Assembly: GCF_020745735.1 (NCBI RefSeq)
Contig: NC_083410.1
Coordinates: forward strand, 64,950,117 to 65,014,116
Direction of reading: 5' to 3'
DNA length: 64,000 nt
Origin: Hemiscyllium ocellatum
Taxonomy: Eukaryota
Each line of letters starts with the position of its first letter. Position 1 is the first letter of the stretch. Shown in pieces: positions 39,601 through 51,600 of this stretch. The translations under genes were made by a program, and so were the position numbers. The notes beneath the pieces are model-generated. The model saw only the letters and a program-made list of their open reading frames with translations. It made no database searches and was not told the origin of the DNA.

Positions 39601-42600
39601 ATCTGGTTATTCAGTGACCCCTTCATAGCTGGGATGCATATCTGCATCAGGAAATACATCTTCTTTTGATATATTTCATTCCAAATGCTTGCTAGCAAGA
39701 ACAAATTAACATGAGCTTTGGAGGCAAACATATCAATTGTAATGAAGACAGAAATATTCAAGCCAGCATTGTTGTGTATAAAGAACCAGGATGAGAATGT
39801 TAATGTGGGGCCTCAAGTAACCAAGTAGCTCTTAGACAGACTCTGGGTAAGTACTAGACACACTGCTCCATTATGGCAATTGGCTAAAACAGGAAAATAG
39901 TCAATTTGAAAAATAAAATAATCATTCTCAGCTTTAAGAATAGTTCTACAACAACTCTTTTCCAATTAAGACTTACAAAGAATTATGGTCCACCCCTTCA
40001 ACCAAAGTTAAAAATCACACAACATCAGGTTATTGTCCAACAGGTTTATTTGGAAGACTAGCTCCTTCATCAGATGGTTGCAGAGAATCAGCTCTCCAAA
40101 AGCTAGTGCTTCGATTTTCCCCTGATGATACTGCATTAGTGCTGTACGAAATATCCCTGCCTGATCCACTGTTATGCCGGTCACGTTCTATTCCACTGGG
40201 TGATTCTGGCATACAAATTCCTGGCTGGGACTCTGCATTCAAAGTTCGCAATTCAGGATTCCTGCTCTCGTATTTGGAAGACTAGCTCCTTCATCAGATG
40301 GTTGCAGAGAATCAGCTCTCCAAAAGCTAGTGCTTCCAAATACGCCTGTTGGACTATAAACTGGCGTTGTGATTTTTGACCACCCCAGTCCAACAGCAGC
40401 ATCTCAAAGTCATTCACCCAAAGTATGTGACAACCTACTCTGCCTCAATTGTCCTCCTGCAAGAACATGACAACGTCTGGATGGACACAGCAAAATGAAG
40501 ACAACACATTAGTGGAAACAAGAACACTATTTTGTACAAAACATGTTCTGGGAACTTAGAACTGCAGCTTAAGTATACTGCAGAAATATGCAAAATAAAT
40601 AAGTTCAGCTCTTCAAATGTCCTGATATTCTTCACAATGAATTAAAGAGTTAGAGCAGGTAAATGCAGCAGGCATTTGGTGCACAAGACCAACAAAACAG
40701 ACAAGAAAAATTACATTAGTTGACACAAGGAAAAATGTTGGCCACAACACCAGGAAAACTCAAAATACTTTTTCTTTTTCCAAATAATGTCATTTCCATC
40801 CAAGTGAGCATGGGCTGCCTCATATTAACTAGGAAAGTCAGGGATAGCATCAAATTGAAAAAAAGACATACAATGTGGTAAAGATAGTTGCAAACCAAAG
40901 GTTGGGAAAGCTTTGTAAACCAAAAGAAAACACAAAAACAATACAGGGATACAGAATTGGCTGGCCCATAGAAGACAGAGTGGTAGCAAGTTTAGAGAAG
41001 ATTTGTAGCTCAGGTTGAGGTTCTGTGTGTAAGTTTGCTTGCTGAGCTGAAAAGTCAATTTTCAGACATTTCATCACCATACTAGGTAAAATTATCAGTA
41101 AGCCTCCGGTGGAGCACTGGTGTTATTAACTTAGATACAGACGAGGAACGATACCACTTGGACTGGGACAACACATCCAACCTAGGGCAAGCCAAACAGG
41201 GACACTCATGAGAATGCCTGGAAACATTGGAAACATGGTATTCTAATCGGAACTCTAACAATAAACACATCAACTTGGACCCCATCTACCATCCTGAGAG
41301 AAAAAGAAACAGGAAAATATCACAAACCCACGGAAACCTAAACACAAAGAGAAAGTGGGTCACTAACACCAGTGCTTCACTGGAGGCTCACTGATGTTAC
41401 CTAGAAACATCTGAAAATGAACTTTCCAGCTCAGTGAGCAAACAAAGGGTGGTAGTAGATGGAAAGTATTCAGCCTAGAGCTTGGTAACTAATGGTGTTT
41501 CACAAGGATCTATTCTGAGACCTCTGCACTTTGTGATGTTTATAAATGATTTGGCTGAGGAACTGGAACAGTGTGTAAGTAAGTTTGCCAATGAGTTGTG
41601 GACAGCTTGGACAGCTGTCGTAGGTTGCAATGAGACATTGACATAATGCAGAGGAGTGACAAATGGAGTTCAACAAATATTTAACATTTAATTCAGAGAT
41701 CAGTACTTTATTTGTTGCAGCATGACAAAGTATGGATAACTTCAATTTTTTACTCTATTAGGAAGATCTGATAGTCGCAAAACCCGCGTGTATGAGCGTA
41801 GTTTATTCACAATATAAAATCCTCAGGAGATGTATGCCAAGTACATTAGGTTGCCTGGCAGTGGACTTTGAGGGATACAGCAGTTCCCGCACAGGAGACA
41901 TGAACTCAAAATGATATATTCAATTATAGATTGATTTAAAAGTCAGGAATGAGAATGCTTTCAAATTAAAGTTTGATAAATTAGATTAATAAGTGCATAA
42001 ATTATATAGTCCAAATACTAAAGCCACGAACCAAAGTCACCTTTTCTAATTCAGATTGGTGTATTACTAAAATAATCATAACATTCAACGAGAGGCATCT
42101 CAAATCATTCACTAGATTCCATGTTTCATTATTTCTGGATCAAAATGTACACCATCCTGTTTAGATTAGCATCAACCATTCCAAGATTAAAATAAAATAA
42201 AGTAGAGCAAACTTACCTATCATGATGATGGTGGTGGTGGTGGTGATGGTGATGTTGATGCTGCTGACCAATAAAACGTCTGCAGTTAAATATTTCATTT
42301 CCAATTGCCTCTCCTAAAAAATCTCCTGTTTGTGTGATACATGAGTCCTGAGGACCTTGTGATATGTGTGCAGTATTTATTTCCCCTGACATATCATGTT
42401 CAGAGTCTTCAGGATGTGTGCAAGTATCCAGCAGTCGAATTCGATTTTCCCCTGATGATACTGCATTAGTGCTGTATGAAATATCCCTGCCTGATCCACT
42501 GTTATGCCGGTCACGTTCTATTCCACTGGGTGATTCTGGCATACAAATTCCTGGCTGGGACTCTGCATTCAAAGTTCGCAATTCAGGATTCCTGCTCTCG

Positions 42601-45600
42601 TTCTGCACACTTTGTTCACCCTCTTCTTCATCATCATCTTCCTCTTCTTTGAGAGCTTCACTATCTGCCATGTCTTCTGAGTGGACTTCACTTCCTGGAC
42701 TTCCAGCCGACTGGCTGGCATGACTTGAATTTACTTCATTACTGGAGCCTTCGCTGTGTCCACTGCTACTGCCAGGCCCACTACTGGCATCTTCACCACT
42801 ATTAGCAGTCTCATCAGAACTTCCTTGCATAGACTCCTAAAAATAATTCATTTATTTTTGATTAATCAATTCTGTTCATTTTAGGAAATGCTCCAGATGA
42901 TATTGCAACAACAAATATAGCAATTTTATGGATTAACAACCACTGGTCAAAACTTGCCATCTTAGTTTGCCATCCAAAGCATAACATTGAGCTTAGAGCC
43001 CAAACACAATATAACTGACTATTCAGCATAATACCACAGCTAAGCCTTACAATTAACTTTTTTTGCCTAATTAAGTTACTTTGTCTTTATCAATGAATTT
43101 ATTGCATCTTAATTTCTTACCTCTGTATCTGACAATCGCTGTTGTGCACGCTTTGCCCTGTTGATCATTTGTTCATCCATTTCAATGTCACTGCCTCCAC
43201 TATGATGTGCATCACTGTTATCACTGCTTTGTGGACTAGCTGCAGGCGATCCTAAGTTAAATTTTTTTGTAATTTTAGTTAAATTAGAAGCAGTTAACAA
43301 ATACTCAGAAGAGTCTAAGCATATAGATCTTTTCAGAAAAACCGCAGTGCAACCACTAACATTAGTTTCCCTTTGTACGCAACCATTCTATCCTGATCTC
43401 AGATTCTTTTTCATCAGTCCAAATGAGCTGGAAATGACTAAATGTGTATTAAAAATAACCTTACAAACATTTAAATAAGGGAAGTGCCACAGAATGACAA
43501 TAAATATAAGACAGTTTTTTTTTTGTAAATCACAATCAATAATTGCATACAGCAATCTTTAAATATTATCAGTGCATTTGCGATAGATTTTGATTTCATT
43601 AATGTTTCAATGTGATCTCTTAGGTACAGCAAGAACATGGCAAATTAGTTGAAGAAACAAAAAAGGTCATTATTTTCAACAAGAATTACTCCAACCTGTC
43701 AATTTTCCAAGTACCATAATAAGTAAAATAACAATAAAGGGATTCTATGGAATTGATGGGTAGTCATATGATCACTGTATCTTCAAAAAAGGAAGTTTTG
43801 TACAGTCAATATTTCAATGCAGGACAATTTTATTTCATGAGGTTGGATATTTGTTGTTTTAAAACGTAAGAGAACAAATAAATGCTACAATAAAGTAAAA
43901 ACAGAAAATAATGGGGAAACTTTGCAGATTCGGTAACATTTCCAGGGATAGAAAGAGTTAAGGTTTGAGTCCAAAGCTACTACTTCGGAACAGAAGGAAG
44001 CTAGATATGCGTATGTTGTTTTAAAACAAAAGGGGATGGAAAGGAGGAGGGAAAGGAGAAGCAACTGATGGCAAATGGTGCCCAAAGCAAAAAAGACAAT
44101 GGGAGTGCTCGTGGTAATACAGCAGATGTGTAGATGAAGAGTTAATGCTAACTGTAAATGGCAGAAAACCAGTCAGATCTGACTGCAAACCTATGTAAAC
44201 AAGCCATTGGATGATGGGGATTGGCGGGTCCTCAAGTGGAAGGCAGAGCTTGTAATTTTATGTTGTTAAGCATAATGTTGAGCCCTGAGGGCTGTAAAAT
44301 GCCTCAGTTGAAAATAAGGCACTTTTCCTCCAGCTTACAAAGGGCTTTGCTGGAATATCTCAGCAAGCCTAGGATATAAATGTTAACAAGACAGTAAGAA
44401 AGTGTATTGGAATGGCAAGGGACTGGAAGGTTCAGGTAATGCTTGCAGACACAGCAGAGTGTTCTATAAAATCAGTCACACGCGGGAAGAATGTGCAAAC
44501 TCCACATAAACAATTGCCGGACGCAGGAATTGAACCCAGGTCTCTGGTGCTGAGAGGCAGCAATGATAACCACTGTGCCACCATGCTGCTAATGTTGTAC
44601 AATCTCATTTTCATGCTAATTAGTAAAATTAATACAAGCTTACAAAGTTACATTTTATACATGTAAGCACTTAAAATAATAAAATGCATCCATTCTCCAA
44701 ACACCAAACTTACCTTTCTTATTTCCCATTGGGAGGTTTGTATTAAGAAGAGAAGCAAAGGAACTCTGCTTGGACAGTTGAGCTTTAGCAGCAAGTGCAT
44801 TATTCCAGAGAGCTTTAATCAGCATTGATGCCAAGTACAAGGTCTGTGAACAAGGCCAAAAGTGGGGTTTTGAGTAAATGTTTTTACTTATATACTTCAA
44901 TGGAAGCTGTAGATAATGCATTAAGATAATAAACCAGCCCAAGGGACCACAATTGTGCAACAACTCTTAATTAAACAAAAAAAAGTTAGTTTAAATTTTG
45001 TGTATAATTAAATGATATTGAAATCTAAAAGATCTAGATATAAATATTTGATTTAAGAGAATTAAAACAAATGGACAATTCATAATTAGGATAAATGATA
45101 TACTTCACACAAATATAAATGATTTGGATATGATCACAGAAGGTAAAGTTAGTAAGTTTGCAGATGACACCTGAAAAGAGAGATTAGATTACTTACAGTG
45201 TGGAAACACGCCCTTCGGCCCAACAAGTCCACACCGACCCGCCGAAGCGCAACCCACCCATACCCCTACATTTACCCCTTACCTAACACTACAGGCAATT
45301 TAGCATGGCCAATACACCTGACCTGTACATCTTTGGACTGTGGGAGGAAACCGGAGCACCCGGAGGAAACCCACGCAGACACGGGGAGAACGTGCAAACT
45401 CCACACAGTCAGTCGCCTGAGTCGGGAATTGAACCCGGGTCTCAGGCGCTGTGAGACAGCAGTGCTAACCACTGTGCCGCCCACAAATTGGTGGGGTAGT
45501 GAACAGCAAAGAGGCTGCCTCTGAGTACAATGGGATCTTGATCAGATGGACCAATGGGACGAGGAGTGGCAGATGGAGTTTAATTTAGATAAATTAATTT

Positions 45601-48600
45601 AGCAGTTTTGGTCGCCATACTATAGGAATGTGGAGGCACTGGAACGGGTGCAAAGGAGGTTTACCAGGATGTTACCTGGTATGGTAGGAAAATCGTATGA
45701 AGAAAGGCTGAGGCACTTGGGGCTGTTTTCATTGGAGAAAAGAAGGTTTAGGGGTGACTTGATAGAGGTGTACAAGATGATTAGGGTTTTAGATAGGTGC
45801 TCATGGTCAACCCTTTGTCCACGTATGGAGTCAAGATATTACGAGGGGGCATAGCTTTAAATTAAGGGGTGGTAGGTATAGGACAGATATTAGGGGTAGA
45901 TTCTTTACTCAGCAAGTCGTGAGTTCATGGAATGCCCTGCCACTAACAGTGGTGGACTCTCCCTCTTTATGGACATTTAAACGGGCACTGGATAGGCATA
46001 TGGAGGAAAGTGGGCTAGTGTAGGTTAGGTGGGCTTGGATCGGCGCAACATCGAGGGCCGAAGGGCCTGTAGGCTCTGTATTTTTCTATGTTCTATGTAA
46101 ATGTGAGGTGCTGCATTTTGGAAAGGCGAATCAGGGCAGGACTTATTCACTTAGTGGTAAGGTCCTAGGGAGTGTTGCTAAATAAAGAGACCATGGAGTG
46201 CAGGTTGATAGTTCATTGAAAGTGGAGTCACAGGTAGTTAGGATAGAGAAGATGTTTGATTTGCTTTCCTTTATTAGTCAGAGCATTGAGAATAGGAGTT
46301 GGGAGGTCATGTTGCAGCTGTGCAGGACATTGGTTAGGCCACTGTTGGAATATTGTGTGCAATTCTGGTCTCCCTCCTATAGGAAGGATGTTGTTAAACA
46401 TGAAAGGGTTCAGAAAAGATTTACAAGGATGTTGCCAGTGTTGGAGGATTTGAGATATAGGGAGAGGTTGAATAGGCTGGAGCTGTTTTCCCTGGAGCAT
46501 CGGAGGCTGAGGGGTAACCTTACAGGAGGTTCATAAAATCATGAGTGGCATGGATAGGATAAATAAAGTATTTTCCCTAGGGTGGGAGAGTCCAGAACCG
46601 GAGGGCATAGGCTTATGGTGAGAGGGGGAAAAATTTAAAAGGGACCTAAGGGGCAACTTTTTTCATGCAGAGAATGGTACATGTGTGCAATGAGCTGCCA
46701 GTGGAAGTGGAAAAGTCTGGTACAATTACAACATTTAAGAGACATCTGCGTGAGTATATAAATAGGAAAGGTTGAGAGGAATATGGGCTAAGCACTAGCA
46801 AACGGGACTAGATTAGGTTAGGATACCTGGTCGGCATGGACGAGTTGGATTGGAGGGGTTGTTTCCATGCTGTCTATCTTGAAGACTAATTACTTTCAAA
46901 TTATTGTTTTGGTTTACTTAGGCATTCCATGTCAAATTGGTATTAATACAATTGAATAGTTAAAATGAATTCAACATCATTGTATAACTACAAAAATATA
47001 CATAAATTAATTTTAAAAAGATGGAGGTGACAATTCAGGTAGGATAAATTGATAACACTAAATGAGTGTATTTAGCCTTTTTTTTGCCAATTTTTGAAAT
47101 GCATAAGCTGCAAGTCATTACCATAGACACAGAAGTACAAGTAAACTTTGAAGTCTCAAAAATCCTCTAAAGTCAGGGGTCGACTTAGATGTTGAGGATT
47201 AAAAGTTGAACCATCAGTGCAACTGTTACATGTGGTCACGTCTTAAAATTTTGCATGTCTTCACAAGAGGCTCCATAGCATCAATTTGACATTTTGCACC
47301 CAGTTATAGTATTTACTGTGGGTGAAAAATTGTGGATGACTACTAATATGAATATAGCATGCCATGGCTGTAAAGGGGATCAACTTATATGTACAATATA
47401 TGCAAAAACATGACTTTGAGGCTGAAGAAATGGGACACCTTATATAATGTCTTGACTGATATGCTGCAGTGCATTGTTGGATTGTGTGACTGAAAACCAC
47501 AAAGCTCAGTCAACTTGCTGTGGCAGCACTTACTGACAGCCCAGTTTCTGCATCATCAATGATGAATGGGTTTGAGACAGTGCTGCAGCAGTGACAAAGT
47601 CGGCAGCAAAGAGAACAAAGAAGCATTGGTTTCTCATGTGTATTATGCAGCAAATGGGAAACTGTAGCTATGGTATCACCTTTGCTTTCATGGGTAGAAT
47701 GGGATACGCATTTGGTACCATTATCAAAACAGATGTACATACCATCATTCACTGGTTAAATTATTGTTGGATTAAGTAGAAATTTAATGGGAGGACTTCA
47801 ACTATGATTTTACACCTTCCCCAAATAAAGCTTCTGCAATCAAGCTATTATAGCCTGATTTGAAGTGGGACTTCATCTGCATTTTTAAAAGTTGCATTAA
47901 TCAAGGAATTGCATGAAAATCTTTTTAAGGCATGAACAGCAGCTCTCTCACGTCCTCTCAGTACTGAGACAAGGAAATAAAACACTACATAACCATTCAA
48001 CGTTAAAAATCACATAACACTCGAGTATAGTCCATTAGGTGGTTTATGAAGAAGCAGCACTCCGAAAGCTAGTGCTTCCAAATAAACCTAAAAATCACAC
48101 ACCAGGTTATAGTCCAACAGGTTTAATTGGAAGCACATTAGCTTTCGGAGAGCTGCTCCTTCATCAGGTGGTTGCAGAGACACAATTGCAAGACAGAATT
48201 TATGGCAAAAGTTTACAGTGTGATGTAACTGAAATTATACATTGAAAAATACTTGATTGCCTCTTGTCAACAGACAAAGGTATTTTTCAATGTATAATTT
48301 CAGTTACATCACATTGTAAACCTTTGCTACAAATTCTGTGCCTTACAATTGTGTCCTCCACAACCATCTGATGAAGGAGGGTCGCTCCAAAAGCTAGTGT
48401 TTCCAATTAAACCTGTTGGACTACAACCTGGTATTAAGTGATTTTTAATTTTGTACACCCCAGTCCAACATCGGCATCTCCAAAATCATGACTAACCAAT
48501 CAATGCAGGCTATAAATTTCAAAATCATATTCATTGAAAGAAAATATAAAGCAGTGGAAAGCTAGAAGAGCAAAATGATGAGAGATTTTAATTCACCCAT

Positions 48601-51600
48601 CTGGTTCAAAGTAATAGTGGCAACATTACTTGGTCTTTCAGCAATGAGCCCAGACTAACAGTATAATTCAAAATTTGGGACTTCCAAAGTTCATGAACTA
48701 CTTCCACATCCTTTGAGTTTGGTAGAACAAGTATCATGGGGGATTGTCACAAACATTTAGATGCCAGCTCTAGTGATGTCAACCCTTCCAACAAAGGCAC
48801 TCTGTGAATCATCCCTATCATTCCATTTTGTCCCGACAGCCATCGGGAGGATTTTCATCCATAGTCTGAAAACACAATAATACCAAACCCAATAGACATA
48901 TGTTAGTTAGAAATCTAATTCTATATGCACAAACTCCTTTCCCACAGTAGTTTGTGTTCTATAACAAACCAACTGACTACTTCAACTGTCTGTATTTCAA
49001 ATCCATCCAGTTTCATGAAAAAACACCATTTCTTTCTCCTAGTTTCGCCAATTTTTTTTTTATGACAATCTTCCATACTAAAATGTCTTCCCTTCTTGCA
49101 ATGGTTCTTCTTTCCCGTAGGAGTCAAGACCTTTAGTTGAGTCAATCCTATTCCCCATGGTTCTCTTCCCCTTTTCGTTAAATCCCTATCCACACTTCAA
49201 AACCATGATGAGATTCCCTGTTGTTCTCCTTTTCCAGATTTTCTTGTCATTTCCACCAGCTCAATAATTCTATCATGCCCCTTCCTTCACGATAATATGC
49301 TCACTCTTCCCACACCCATGTCCAGAGACGGGCAATAATCTACATCCAGAAAAAAAAACTCAAAAATATACAAATAACTAGGCAGAGACTTAGGTGATTT
49401 GGTCCAATTTATGGAAGTTTTATGCCCAACATGTGCCTCCCTTCCATAGCATTCGTCTAACCCTATCAACATAACCTTCTATTCTTATCTCACTAATGGG
49501 CTTTTCCAGCTTCCTCTTAAATGCATTTATTTTGCTTGCCTCAAATGCTTGATTATGGCACCACACGGCATACTCTAACCACCTTGTACACAAAGGTCCC
49601 ACAAGAGGAGACATAACCAGATAATAACATTCTGGCATCATTAGTTGAAGGGCAAGTATTCCCCATTTCACGGCTCTTGCTCTCAATATGGACTGTTCAA
49701 GTGACCAAAGAACAATTTACAATGTAAACAACAGTTGGCAAAACAGGAATAGTGTGAAATCTTAGGCACATCCATGTAGATGTCTTACCTGTTCGGTGTG
49801 TACACTGGGGTGAAGAGCGGACACTAGATTAAGAAGGTGACGGAGTGGAACAGGGTCCAGGTGCTTAATAAGGGAAGGGAACAAATCATGGATGTATCGA
49901 CTACAGTGCTTCAACTGCATTGCAGGAGAGGAGAACATAAAAGGAAACATGTCAAAAAGTACACTTGTGCACAGCTGAAATAACAAGTGTCACAGAATGG
50001 AGATATTAAAGCTGATTACATAATTAAGTTTTACAAAAATTAATTGCCACGAATTAAACAATTTAGTTTTCAAAAGAGAAACTTCTACAAAAGATAACCC
50101 TTCAATCCAGGTGATGGAGTGAGCCATTATTCTAAATAAGGTTGCAGCAGTGCAATGTTTGCCCCAGTGCAACATTACAAAGAAAGACACAATTACATCA
50201 AATGGCTCCAGGAAATTATTGATGGGATTAGATTAAAGACTGAAAAGCAAACTGAGAATTTAGACAAATAAAAGCTTGAATAGAACCAAGTTAAACTAAA
50301 TAGCAAGAAGGTGTTGTTCAAGAGAAGATAGAATTGACAAGATCATGGGGGGGCCTCTATCTTTTAAAACCAAATATTTTTAGTGTTTAACTGTCAAACA
50401 AAAGGAAACTTATCACAAAACACAGATTTCTAATGTGTTTGCTGTCACACGTTACAGAGAAAAAAAACTAAAACAATTCTGAAAAAGCATTAACGTATGA
50501 CTGAACAGCTAATGCAATTTCCATGACCAACAAACACAAATGCTGAAAACGGATACATTGATCACCTAGGAAAATCTAATCCAATCATATTCCATTTCAG
50601 AGGAAAATCGATTATCTGAACATCGGATTATCCGAAGGAGATCGTGAGGTCCCGATAGAAACATTATATCAAAGACGTGTTTCCAACACCGATCATGCCT
50701 TTCGTTTACAGTGATTAAAAATGAACTCCGCTTCCTGAAATGCTGCCTAGAACTGTCCTGCACTGATGGGAGCCCAGGCACCATCTCCAAATGACTGACT
50801 TACCACCCTCTCTCTCTCCCTACACTTTCCCTGGAGTTCTACACAGGGATATACCCTAAACCCCCCGCTTCCCCAAATAATCTCTCCAACACTGTCCTGT
50901 ACAGGTCAAAGGTGGAACCTGTCAAAATATTGCAGTAAAAAGGGGTTTGTGTGCACGTGCTATTTGGAGACTCACCCCCCCAAAAGGCAGCAGCAGCAGC
51001 CTTCTTGTTGTTGGTGTCCAGTCCAGCTGCCCCAGAGTAGGGGCAGGGCTGCACAGGGAGCAAAGTGTTGGACGGAGTTTAGGGGGTGGGGGGCAGTGAT
51101 GAAGTGGCTTGGGAGGCAGGTGTTGGACAGGGTTATGGGGTGGTGTTGTACAGGGCTGGGGGTGAGCGGGAGAGGGCAGAGTTGGATGGGGTCGGGGGAC
51201 AGGCGGTAGTGGCGGAAGGCCGGGCGGGTGCAATTTTGGACGGGGGGGTGGGGGTCGGTCTCACGTGTGGTGTGCTGCTGCCTATTCTCCTAACAAGGAG
51301 ATAAAGATGAAAGATTGCCTGCAAAGAATCTCAAAAATGTATTAGCCTCTGATGATTGACAAGGGTTCACAACATTCAAAGATTAAACAAGCACTCTCTG
51401 CCACATGCAGCGAAACAAATTTAATGCAACAGGTAACAACTCAAAACGGAGAGCTACTTGCAGAGCTACCGAACTACTTGCCGATTCTTGTCCACAGGAA
51501 ACTGAAATGTGTGCGCCACCAAATCAAGGCCAACTAAATTCTTTTATTAATTTCCAGTATTAAACTTCACTACACCATAGTTAATATTAATAAAATCTAA

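Noticed and set aside
40030-40251. ORF with USP34-identical peptide as an extra exon
   Set aside because: No native splice sites, embedded in a repeat, and the exon chain is complete without it
50570-51330. GC-rich segment with Pro/Gly-rich ORFs
   Set aside because: Low-complexity, repeat-like sequence (possibly a DNA transposon derivative); no splice or protein evidence
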